Part shown: one piece after another, positions 41,488 through 51,500 of the stretch
Position numbering within the stretch: the first letter of the stretch is position 1
How the letters are laid out: every line of letters starts with the position of its first letter
NCBI GenBank assembly: GCA_013166775.1
Contig: JABLTJ010000004.1
Location: 105,834 to 169,833 of the forward strand
Reading direction: 5' to 3'
DNA: 64,000 nt
Source of the DNA: Promethearchaeati archaeon
GTDB lineage: Archaea; Asgardarchaeota; Heimdallarchaeia; Heimdallarchaeales; Heimdallarchaeaceae
Position numbers and translations under genes: made by a program
The notes under the pieces: generated by a model
The model's input: the letters and a program-made list of their open reading frames with translations, nothing else
Told to the model about the DNA's origin: nothing
The model's database searches: none

Positions 41488-41599
41488 TCACTATCTGGTA
41501 AAAAATGAATTCCAAAATTCAGTAAAAAAAACTTATTTCTTTGCTTCTAACTACACAGATTTTTAAAATTCATGCGAATTATTTTTCCTCTCCAAGATA

Positions 41600-42580
41600 T
41601 CATATCGGAAGATTATTCAGAAACTCTATTCTCTTCTTCTGGATCTCATCTTTGTTTTCTCCTACCCACATGAAATGTCCCCCATGAACTTCAAAGAGTT
41701 CAGCATGTGCAATGTTTTCTGTTAGGTATTCTGCGTGGTGCCACTTCACGTCATTATCCATTCTGCTGTATATCAACAATGTAGGAAAGGATATCTGATC
41801 AACTGGAATTATATCGATTTTCTCCATCAATCTCACATCGTGTATTAATCCCTTCTTCCTATGGCTTAGTGGCAAGGTGGTATTGGTTAAATCCCGTACC
41901 CACTTCTTTCTGACCTCATCATTCGATACTAATTTCACAAAATCATCCAGTTCACTTTCCTCATACAATGTTTCAAGTTTAAGAACAGCTTTGAAACTGG
42001 CAGCAAAACTGATTTTCATGAAAACCGCAGTTAACCAACCCGTTAAGTCATCTAATCCTCTCATAAAAAACAGTCGTGCCCACCCATCCAGCATTCCCTC
42101 AGTACTATATTCTGATGCTACTCCAGCCTCCATTATTAGTCCATTTACCCTTTCTGGATACTTATTGGCGAGGAAAAGAGCAACTGGTCCTCCTGCAGAG
42201 GCTCCAACAACCACTACTTTTTCGATATTTAGACTATCCATCAGAGCTACACAAAGGTCAGCCTGTTCTTCATAGGAGAGAGGATTGAAAGGAGTTCCAA
42301 GATATCCCGTCCTGGAGGGTGCCAAGATGGAATAGCCTTGTTTTATTAGATATTCAAGCAGGAATCCCTGATCATAGCCACCAGGACCGCCATGTAGCAC
42401 CAAGATTGTTGGACCTTTTCCTGCAAGCTTGTATTCTATCTTACCAAGCTTGGTTTCTGCTACGATCCCATCTTTCAATGTTGCCAATAATCCATTTTTC
42501 CAAGCGTAATAACGGAAGATAATAACAATTAACAAGATGAAAATGATTCCAAGAGTGATTAGTAAGACAGTTGATACCAT
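41600..42580 (-). CDS. membrane-anchored alpha/beta hydrolase
   Basis: N-terminal TM, LHGGPGG, GASAGG nucleophile motif, D (RMDNDV), GGH. Confidence 0.9.
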   Translation of the reverse strand: MVSTVLLITLGIIFILLIVIIFRYYAWKNGLLATLKDGIVAETKLGKIEYKLAGKGPTILVLHGGPGGYDQGFLLEYLIKQGYSILAPSRTGYLGTPFNPLSYEEQADLCVALMDSLNIEKVVVVGASAGGPVALFLANKYPERVNGLIMEAGVASEYSTEGMLDGWARLFFMRGLDDLTGWLTAVFMKISFAASFKAVLKLETLYEESELDDFVKLVSNDEVRKKWVRDLTNTTLPLSHRKKGLIHDVRLMEKIDIIPVDQISFPTLLIYSRMDNDVKWHHAEYLTENIAHAELFEVHGGHFMWVGENKDEIQKKRIEFLNNLPI

Positions 42581-42639
42581 CTTTGTTCATGTGTATCAAT
42601 AATTCATCTAAATTAAATATTTCTTACCCTGAATAATCA

Positions 42640-42675
42640 GAAACAGAAAAATGGTTTAAACTATTTAGAAAATAG
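42640..42675 (+). repeat. direct repeat copy 2 (orphan gene tail ETEKWFKLFRK*)
   Basis: 32/36 identical to 41452..41487, with a stop codon at the same position. Confidence 0.9.
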
Positions 42676-42714
42676 AAGCAGAAAAGATAATGTTTTGAAG
42701 TATGAAAATTCTAT

Positions 42715-43365
42715 TTAAACATCCAGTTTTTGTTGCCATTTTTCATCTAACTTGTGAAAAATCTCCTTGATAAGATCAGACTTGTAACCATAAAATAGAT
42801 AACAATCAAGCCACTTGTTATGATAAACAATCTCAATAACTGAAAGCTTTTTCCAATTTATTTTTTTAAAAGGAGGAATATTAAAATTTTTAAGCTCTTT
42901 GAAATTTATTCCACTTCTGAATAAAATATACTGAACTGCAGGAATTTCATTATCATTACATGAATCATCGATATAATTATCTAGTTCTATTTCTGCTGGA
43001 AATCTATGAAACTTTTCCATAGATAAAATAGTTAAAAGACTATATTTCCAGTCGTCTAATTTAAGAGAATTAGATATAACTAATTCATAGAATGAAGGAA
43101 AATTAAAATCAATTTCTCTATACTCTAGGTGATAAGTTTAAATTGTACCATCATCTTCAAAGACATCTATATCCTCTATTTTCTTATCAATAAATCTCAA
43201 AATGATTTCTTGATTTGCACTTCTCGCTACATCAGCTAACCTACCTTCGGAACTAATTCTATCAAGTGCTATTAGAGAGTTAATTCCTTCACCTTCCCAA
43301 CCATGGTAAGAAGTCATTTCTGCATCGCTACTAAAGGTATAAACTACTCAAATTTTATCTTTCAT
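42715..43365 (-). pseudogene. hypothetical gene with two in-frame stops
   Basis: ATG 43365 is in frame with ORF 42715..43020; interrupted by TGA 43348-43350 and TAA 43138-43140. Confidence 0.65.
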
Positions 43366-43423
43366 AAAATCACTGAATAAAAAATACTAAGCAAATTATA
43401 AAGAAAAATGAAGAGAGAAGAGT

Positions 43424-43657
43424 TTACTGATCCACGCAGATCATTGTCATAGTGGAGCGTACTTTCTCTAAAACTCTAAGGTTTTCAGTCACAATCTTCT
43501 TTAAGGAATCAGTGTCGTCAGCTTCTATTTTTGCAATGAGATCATAAACTCCGTAAACAATATGAACTTCAACAACGTTTGGCATCTCTTTGAGTTGAGA
43601 CATTACACTGCTTTCTTCTCCAATTTCACAATTGATCAATATATAGGCTGAAGCCAT
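43424..43657 (-). CDS. stand-alone Lrp/AsnC ligand-binding (RAM) domain protein
   Basis: AYILIN, V.EVHIVYGVYDLIAKI, VRSTMT; GGTGA upstream. Confidence 0.93.
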   Translation of the reverse strand: MASAYILINCEIGEESSVMSQLKEMPNVVEVHIVYGVYDLIAKIEADDTDSLKKIVTENLRVLEKVRSTMTMICVDQ

Positions 43658-43828
43658 CTTTTATTTCACCATTAAAGAGAATTAATCCATCGTTTAATAA
43701 ATTTTCCCTCCAACATCAAAAATGGTTCTGTTACTCACATTTGGAGAATATTATAGTATTTCAAGCCTAAATAATAGCCATGGAAAGAATTATAATTGTT
43801 TAAGCAGCTATTGTGATGAATCATATTT

Positions 43829-44218
43829 ATGGTGAAAACAATGACAGATGTTCAAGAACTTGAAGCTGTAAAGAGAATTATTATGGATCATTATCATGAA
43901 GGTCATGCAAAACATGATTACAAGTATTATGAAGGAGCTTTGCATAAAGAATGGAAATTTTTCTTGCTAACTCCAGAGGGAAAACTAGCGATTATTGATA
44001 AGGAGAAATATTATGCTTGGTATGATCCTAAGGATTATGATGAAAATTTACATTGGGAAACTGAAATCTACAATGTAGATATAACAGGTAATGTAGGATC
44101 AGCTAAAATTCGACTAGAGTGTGAGAGAGTACAGTACATAGATTACTTCAATCTGATGAAAATTGAAGGAAAATGGTGGATAGTCCACAAAATTTCTCAT
44201 GGAAACAAAAAAGAATAA
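43829..44218 (+). CDS. NTF2-like (putative lumazine-binding) protein
   Basis: IYNVDITGNVGSAKI...YIDYFNLMKIEGKWWIVHK. Confidence 0.85.
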   Translation: MVKTMTDVQELEAVKRIIMDHYHEGHAKHDYKYYEGALHKEWKFFLLTPEGKLAIIDKEKYYAWYDPKDYDENLHWETEIYNVDITGNVGSAKIRLECERVQYIDYFNLMKIEGKWWIVHKISHGNKKE

Positions 44219-44453
44219 TGTTGCAAAGTAAGGGCTATTCCTCTACTATTTTTTCTAAATTTTTAGCATTCTTAATGTTACCTACTAAGTTTTTGGGATT
44301 AGGAACAATCCATCTTCTTCTCTTTTTACAAATCCAATAGAACGAATCACGAATCCTTGTTCAAAATCATTCATCTTCTATCACTTAACTAGCAAACATC
44401 TTTTTTATATTTAAATCTGTATCCAAAAGGTTTCTAGCATCTAGATACTCGAA

Positions 44454-45341
44454 TTATACTAGAGTTGAAATCATATCTCCAATATAATTGAAAAGAGTTG
44501 AATAATGGCCCTCATTTGGATAAAATACTGCATTACAATGAGGGATTGCTTCTGCAAGCTGTCTTCCAATGCATACAGGAATAAGAGGGTCTAACTCTCC
44601 ATGCCACACATATATACCTACATTCTTTGGAATTTCTTCTAAATCAAAACCCCAGTGTGTAATGTATAATGATCCTTCATCACATACACCCTTTATTCCA
44701 AGTGTAAATGCTTCCTTTATCTGGTTCCACATGATATCTAGGATTTCTTCATTTTTGAAAAACTCTAGATCCTGTTTAGTTAGGATTTTTTCAAATCTGG
44801 AATACATTTTTGCCTTTGATCTTTCTTGATTCTTGGAATTAAATGGACGTGCAAAAAAGAACCATAGAACAATTTTAACTAACCATTTCATTCTTCTTCC
44901 AGTAGTTAACAAAAACTTCACATAAGGTGGTACATGGTCTTTGCACATATAAAAAGGACCCAATCCTGAAACAATTCCCACAGATTTAACACGGTCAGGA
45001 ATCTTGTATGCACATGCTAAAGCTGAAGCGGCACCTCCTGAAACACCCATAATTGAAAATCTATTCAAATCCAAATAATCTGCAAGTTCAGCAACATCAT
45101 CTGGCCATTCTAACAGTTTCCTATTCTTTTTTCGATCGGATAAACCTATACCAGGGCGGTTTACAGAGATTATTCTAGCATTTGCAATTGGTATCAGAAC
45201 TTCACCAAATTTGGCTTCAAAGCAAGATCCGGGCCAACCATGAAAATGAAATAATGGTTTAGCTTTTGGGTTACCTAGTTCAGTATAACATAATGTTCGC
45301 CCATCTTGTAATTTGAAGAATCGCATAATACTCTGATCCAT
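44454..45341 (-). CDS. alpha/beta hydrolase
   Basis: DGRTL.Y.E.G, FHGWPG, RPGIGLS, GVSGG, WHGELD, EGH. Confidence 0.92.
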   Translation of the reverse strand: MDQSIMRFFKLQDGRTLCYTELGNPKAKPLFHFHGWPGSCFEAKFGEVLIPIANARIISVNRPGIGLSDRKKNRKLLEWPDDVAELADYLDLNRFSIMGVSGGAASALACAYKIPDRVKSVGIVSGLGPFYMCKDHVPPYVKFLLTTGRRMKWLVKIVLWFFFARPFNSKNQERSKAKMYSRFEKILTKQDLEFFKNEEILDIMWNQIKEAFTLGIKGVCDEGSLYITHWGFDLEEIPKNVGIYVWHGELDPLIPVCIGRQLAEAIPHCNAVFYPNEGHYSTLFNYIGDMISTLV

Positions 45342-45574
45342 TACCTGTCAACCTTATACTTACGCAATACAGTTAATGAATTTTTTCCCACTCTAGTTGA
45401 AAGAAAAAGAATGTAAAAAAATGGAACCTCTAAAAGGAAGAATTCCAGGAGCAGTAATAGTACCTTTGAAGGATTGTTGAGATCGAGAAAAATGTAAGAA
45501 AAGAAATATATATCCTTTTTTCCAAACTATAAGACAACACAAAGGTTCAACCATCTTTAAATCTGGTGAAGTAG

Positions 45575-46531
45575 ATGAAAAGAAGTAAATTATTACTAGG
45601 AATAATAAGTACACTATTTATTGTTATAATGATTTCAGGAACAACTCAAGCAGTTATTTCCCCATATGTTGGAGTAGTGATAGGTGAAGAATTCGAATAT
45701 GAGATTACAATTTTTCATATTAAACAAGATTTAAACAATGTAAATTATATTAACATAAATCCTTTTGGAATGGAAGGTAATAAAATAAAAATCAAAGTTG
45801 CCGATATAGTTGAGGAGGAGCAGAGTTCTTTTTTGGGAATACCTATGGAAAATCAAACAAAAATTAAAACAACTGAATCTTTTGCTGGTAAAACGTTTGA
45901 AAGTGAATCCTTTCTTGATGATTGGTTCGAAACATTCTTTTTCCTAACTTTCTATTACGAAACAAGTCCGATTACTTTTAATCCAGAAACATACGAATTC
46001 AATGAACCGAAACCTTTTAACGACAGCGATGAAAACTACGAAGGATTACCAGTATTTGCATCAACAAACGAGAGTTATTATCAGCAGTTAAACGCATCAT
46101 TTTCAGAACCTGCTACATTTGTTCCAGTAAAGAATGAAGTAGAAAGAGATTCTCCCTTCCAATTAGCATATGAATCATATGAAGTAGGTTATTGGCCAGA
46201 TAAAAATGAATTTTATCTCAACGTAAGCCTTTATTCGAGTAACACTGGTACAACATCAACTGATATTGGATGGGATTTAAACATAGGAGTCGATATAGTT
46301 ACACACATCGATATAGCTAATGGTTTAGTTAAGGATTTAGATTATTCAATAAATGAGTTTATTGCAGTTGGTACCAATAGCTCGTTGATGAAGGCTAGAC
46401 AGGCATTCAAGAAAGTAGGAGGAGGAAGACCAACAATTACACTTGATTATAATTTTATAGCACCCTCCTTAACAATGCTTGGTTTAGTAGCAATAATAGT
46501 TACTAGGAAGAAATTAGTAATAAAGAAATAA
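45575..46531 (+). CDS. secreted surface protein with C-terminal TM anchor
   Basis: Signal peptide, acidic beta-rich body with several N-x-S/T sequons, terminal TM followed by RKK. Confidence 0.8.
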   Translation: MKRSKLLLGIISTLFIVIMISGTTQAVISPYVGVVIGEEFEYEITIFHIKQDLNNVNYININPFGMEGNKIKIKVADIVEEEQSSFLGIPMENQTKIKTTESFAGKTFESESFLDDWFETFFFLTFYYETSPITFNPETYEFNEPKPFNDSDENYEGLPVFASTNESYYQQLNASFSEPATFVPVKNEVERDSPFQLAYESYEVGYWPDKNEFYLNVSLYSSNTGTTSTDIGWDLNIGVDIVTHIDIANGLVKDLDYSINEFIAVGTNSSLMKARQAFKKVGGGRPTITLDYNFIAPSLTMLGLVAIIVTRKKLVIKK

Positions 46532-46613
46532 ATTGGTGCTTCTTTAAGCATGTTTTATTTTTATTTTTTGATTTAAAGATTCATGTTCTAGCTGTATTAT
46601 TCTAACCACTTAG

Positions 46614-46784
46614 TTAAGATTTCACTAGGGTATAATTTCCATGTCTTGCACCTTTGAACACTTCGAAGGTGACATTAAAATCTTCTTCCTTTAGAGCATC
46701 AGCGAATTCCTTAACAGGTTCGAATGCTACAATTCGATCTTCATCTCCATGTAACACTAAGTAATTGATATGATTCGCATTTCC
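46614..46784 (-). pseudogene. C-terminal remnant of an alpha/beta hydrolase (esterase/peptidase)
   Basis: Translates to ..YLVLHGDEDRIV..F..ALKE....VTFEVFKGARHG..*; an in-frame TGA lies directly upstream and the N-terminal part is missing. Confidence 0.7.
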
Positions 46785-47037
46785 TCATAAGTGTCGAACA
46801 TCCCTTTAATTCGACTCTCGAGAGAAGTTAAGCCAGCTGAGCTTAGTTTGAAGAGTATGTGATCATGAGATTCCTTTACATTTTGGATATTCATAATCTT
46901 CATTTGATAATATAAGATCTGTCCATTCTCCCTCCTTAATTTTAAGATCTTTTATGACTTTTATGAAATCTAAAATTTAAGAATACTAAAAATATTTTTG
47001 CAAATAAATTTAAAAAAAGATTTGACATATATTAGCT

Positions 47038-47808
47038 ATGCCTTTCGTAGACAACAATGGGATTAAACTACATTATCAAGTTGAAGGCGAAGGTTCTCCC
47101 ATAGTTTTACAGCACGGTTTCATGGATTCCATGGATGAATGGTACAGACCAGGATATGTAGATTCATTAAAGCAAGAATATCAGCTCATTCTAATAGATC
47201 TAAGAGGTCATGGATTAAGTGATAAGCCACACAAAATAGAATCTTACACTCTGAAAATAATAGCTTCAGACGTCATTGCAGTCATGAATGATTTAAAGAT
47301 AAATAAAGCACATTTCTGGGGATATTCGATGGGAGGAAATGTTGGGATGGGATTAACAAAATTTTACGCAGATAGATTTCTCTCTTTTATTCTGGGGGGA
47401 ATAACTCCTCAGAGAGTAGATAAGGAAATGGAAGTAAGAGTGAAAAGATATTTAAAGAAGCTCCAAGGCGGAGCTGAAGCCTTTTTTTCGGGCTTTAGAG
47501 ATATTGGTATGGAAATAACAAAAGAAATAGAAGAGATTTTCACAAGCTTTGACTATGAAGCTCTCGCTGCTTTCTGGTGTGGAGATATATTCTATGATAG
47601 TGTTGAGAGTCTTCAACAGTTAAAAGTACCTTGTCAATTATATGTGGGAGAAGAAGATGAATGGGGGCATTATCCAAGAGCAAAAGAAGCTGCTCGGATA
47701 ATTCCAAATATTGAAGTTGTAACATTTATAGATCAAGGACATGGAGTCCATGAACAAAAGGAATTAGTTCTTCCAGAAATACTGAAATTCCTTGATAGCA
47801 TGAAATAA
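47038..47808 (+). CDS. alpha/beta hydrolase
   Basis: LQHGF, DLRGHGLSDKP, GYSMGG, GEED, GH. Confidence 0.93.
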   Translation: MPFVDNNGIKLHYQVEGEGSPIVLQHGFMDSMDEWYRPGYVDSLKQEYQLILIDLRGHGLSDKPHKIESYTLKIIASDVIAVMNDLKINKAHFWGYSMGGNVGMGLTKFYADRFLSFILGGITPQRVDKEMEVRVKRYLKKLQGGAEAFFSGFRDIGMEITKEIEEIFTSFDYEALAAFWCGDIFYDSVESLQQLKVPCQLYVGEEDEWGHYPRAKEAARIIPNIEVVTFIDQGHGVHEQKELVLPEILKFLDSMK

Positions 47809-47843
47809 GTCATTCTTCCAATCTTATGTTAATAGAGAAAAAA

Positions 47844-48443
47844 CTATTGTTTCTCTAAAAGAATTTCCTCCATTACTTCAAAGATAGAATCTTCATAAAT
47901 AGATGTTCCATAGATTTTCACACTTTCTAGTGTATCGAGGTAAAAGATTTCCGAAATTCGTTTGATTTTTTCCTCTCTTTCCTCTTCTGGAATTAAATCC
48001 ATTTTATGTACCAGAACTGTAATAGTTGCTCCCATACATATTTTTTCTACACTTTTTAGTGCTAAAGCAAAATACTCTCGAGCTTGATAATATTCTTCGA
48101 ATCTTTCTACATCAACAACGTAGAAGAGATAATTTAAATTTGTAAAGATTGTTTCTTCAAGAATATCGAAAATTTCTTCTAGATAGGCAATCTGTCCCCC
48201 AACATCTACTACATAATAATTGAACCCTTTTAGTTGACTATGTTCTCTTGTGTAACGAACTGTAGAAGGCAAATCTATAGTTTCTTCAGGTTTCATACCC
48301 TTAAACACGACTTGTATAATAGAAGTTTTACCTGTATGAGCTAATCCGGTTAAGAGGACCTTATTACCAATATCCTCTTCATTTACTTCATCTTTTTTCT
48401 CTTGGATTATAAAACTCATAAAGACAATATGGATTATAATCAA
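47844..48443 (-). CDS. Rag/Gtr1-like small GTPase (G domain only)
   Basis: KVLLTGLAHTGKTSI..VVF.G..P.ET..L.ST, DVGGQ..Y, IF.N...L.YVVD, HKMD, TSIY; ATG 48419 is a likely alternative start. Confidence 0.85.
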   Translation of the reverse strand: MIIIHIVFMSFIIQEKKDEVNEEDIGNKVLLTGLAHTGKTSIIQVVFKGMKPEETIDLPSTVRYTREHSQLKGFNYYVVDVGGQIAYLEEIFDILEETIFTNLNYLFYVVDVERFEEYYQAREYFALALKSVEKICMGATITVLVHKMDLIPEEEREEKIKRISEIFYLDTLESVKIYGTSIYEDSIFEVMEEILLEKQ

Positions 48444-48528
48444 TAAAATCTTTTCTACTCACCTGTTAGTTTAATTGAAATCAATTAATTGTGACATATA
48501 TTGAAAAGAAGAGAAAAATTTCTATAAT

Positions 48529-51500
48529 TTAATTTGTTTCTTCGATTGCTGCTAGAATTACATGAGTAGCTCGTCTACGGATTTTCAATATTTGTTCTTT
48601 AATCTCGTCAGCAGATTTCTTTACCTCTAAACTAGAGATTAATTCATCTATTTCTTGAAAGATGTATTCACTGTAAGTTAAGAGAAGAGTCCCATAATCA
48701 GCTTGAGTTATTATAATAATAGAAAGATTCTCAAATCCACCTCTAGCTTTTTTATTCTCAAGCTGAATAGCATGTACAAAGCCAACTAGACCTTCATTTG
48801 GAAGATTAAGTGCACTAGTTTTTCTTCCTTGATGAATATCTTCAAAACCAAGTGTAGAATAAGCTTGATCACATAGCTTTAATAGAAAATTTTCCGTTTC
48901 TAAGGCGAATCTACCTGCATAATCATAACTAAATGAATGGTCACTTAAAAGAGGAACGGGGCCTGTTCTTTGATTAAAAATACTAAGGATAACTCCCGGA
49001 CAAATTTCATTTAGTTTCATCATTAAATCTTGTGAGGGTATTTTATTGAGATATTTTTCAAATGGTTTCCTTTTAGTTGAGAAGTAAATAAGCAAAGATA
49101 CTAGTACAAGTAGAAATATACTCCCACCTATAATAGAATAAAGAAAAACAGGTGATAATCCTGCTTTGATTGTTTTCACTTCCTCCTCAAAATCAAAGGA
49201 GACAAATCCTAAGATATCAGATCCTTGAAAAGATGCTGAGATTGCTATAGATGAAACGTTTTCAGTTAAGAGAAAGTCTACAATAGCTCTCCCATCTGAA
49301 CCTGTAGTATCATTAAGCATAGTATAATCATTAAAGTCTTCTCTGGCTGCTTCTACTGTTGATTGATCTGATTTGTAGAAAATATATATGATAAAATTTA
49401 TTTCATAGCCAACAACAGGAGAGCCATCTATGTAAGTGAGAATACCTGTAATGGCAACTGTACTTCCTTCGACTATTTCCAAATTTGAAACTGATAATGC
49501 TAATTTCAGAGGAATAGGTTCGATAGTAATTTCAAATGATAAATTTTCGTTTGTGCTTCCGAAGTAAAAATCAGATTGAACACCTATTTGTAAAGTAAAA
49601 TGACCTTTGCAATTTACTTGACTTGATGGAAAATCAAATTGATAATCATAATCAGCAATGTTTCTAAAACTCATTGAAGTACCATTGACTGAAATTTCAA
49701 TTATGTTTAAATCATTCATCGATTCATCCTTCAGATTTACATCGATTGTTATATTCTCACCATAAACACATGAATTTTCGCTTGTTTTTAATATTGTTAG
49801 ACTGCCTTCTTTCTTAATGGTAAAAGAAAATACAACCTCAATCTCATTTGGAGATGTTTCTTCTCCTGTACAATCTCGTAAGATGATTGTAAGATTATGT
49901 AATCCAATTTGTGCTGGAGATTCTATTAACCAAGGATCATTCAAAATCTGTCCATTCTCATCATTCCAGTAGTAGATAAATATGGATAAATCGCTGCTAG
50001 TTGTATTATCGTACCAAAGCTCTGTGCTAATAGTGATATAGTCATAATCCAAAGCATCAACATACTCTCCTAAATCTTCATCAAAGATATAAAGAGTTGA
50101 ATCAGGAGGAGTAAAGTCTACTTCAAAGTTAAAGAAATAAGTATTATTGTTACCTACTACATCTTCAGTATAAATTGCTAAAGTAGCAATATCTCCTGTA
50201 GAATAAGGCGCTAAAAGGATTACATCGAAATCACCATTACTATCAAGAATAATTTCAAGTGAGGTCTCAGGACGAGCATCCCAGTAATATTTAACAAGAT
50301 CAATAGATTTTTGTGATATATCATCAGCATTGAAAAGAAGACTTGTATAATCATTGATTGATGAATACTCAAATGGAAAGGTTAGAGTAATTTCTGGAGC
50401 TTGACTATCTATTGTAAGTATATAACTCAATTCAAGTTGATTACCAATAGAATCACTCCCGTTTATAATTAATAGACCTTCTCCATCACTATAATCTAAA
50501 TTAATAGTATCAGTAAAGATTTGATAGAGAGAACCATCCCATGAATAAGTTAAGATGAAAATAGGATCATCATCTGTTGCAGAGATCACAATAGTAGAAC
50601 CATAAGGGACATACATGCTAGCATCAGGTAAAGTAACTAAGCCCTCAATACTCTCAACTATAATTACTGGAGCAGAAGAATCAATATAGAATTCAATAAA
50701 CTGAGATACACTATTACCTGCAATGTCAAAGACGTAAAGAGTAAAATTATGTAAACCATCTAAAAATGGTGATAAATCTAAAAGGTAAGGATCATTCAAA
50801 GTAATATTAGAAGATCCATCAATGGAAATAAGAACAATTAATTCTGGGATTTCTGTAGCGTTATCACTCAAAATAAAGATAAGATCTTCTGTATTTTTAA
50901 AACGTTCATTATTATAAATTAAAATACTGGAATCAATGACAGGATTTTCTGTATCAATTCTGAATTCATAAACAAACATGTGTTCTTTATTATCTATATC
51001 ACCTACTAAGATAGTGAGGTAATGATAGAAAGAAATATCTGAGGGGAGAGTGTGTATTCCATCAAGTGTAAGAATCTGACTAACAAGAAAGGGAATACCA
51101 TCATTAAAAATTCCATCATCCCATTTGAAGAGAACAGTACCATTGGTTCCACTTATTGTTACTTCAACAATATCTCCTCCTTGATACCAGGATTCATCTT
51201 GCATTGTCCTTAATTCTACTAAAAGAGTTTCACTACTTACATTGAATCTAAACATTTGTAAAATGAAATGTCCAAAAATATCCTCTGCAGTAACTGTGAG
51301 ATTGTTGAACCCTTCTGTTTCTGGTAAGTATGTTTGATATATTGTGTCAACACTCGGAGTCCATGGTAAAAAGATGTTATCATTCCATTTATAATTGATT
51401 TCCAAATTTGTTGAGAAGTCTGTAATAATCACTTCAATTAATTTTCCAGCAGCTTGTTTCGTATCATTGGCTACATTATGAAGAGAAATCAAAGGAGAAT

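Noticed and set aside
45393-45614. 73-aa minus-strand ORF and a GRIPGAV rhodanese-like snippet on the plus strand
   Set aside because: The ORF overlaps the start of 45575..46531 and the snippet is too short to support a gene call.
46793-46845. Cluster of short palindromes (GTCGAA..TTCGAC, CTCTCGAGAG, TAAGC..GCTTA) beside a gene remnant
   Set aside because: No second copy or target-site duplication in the window, so a MITE or att site cannot be supported.
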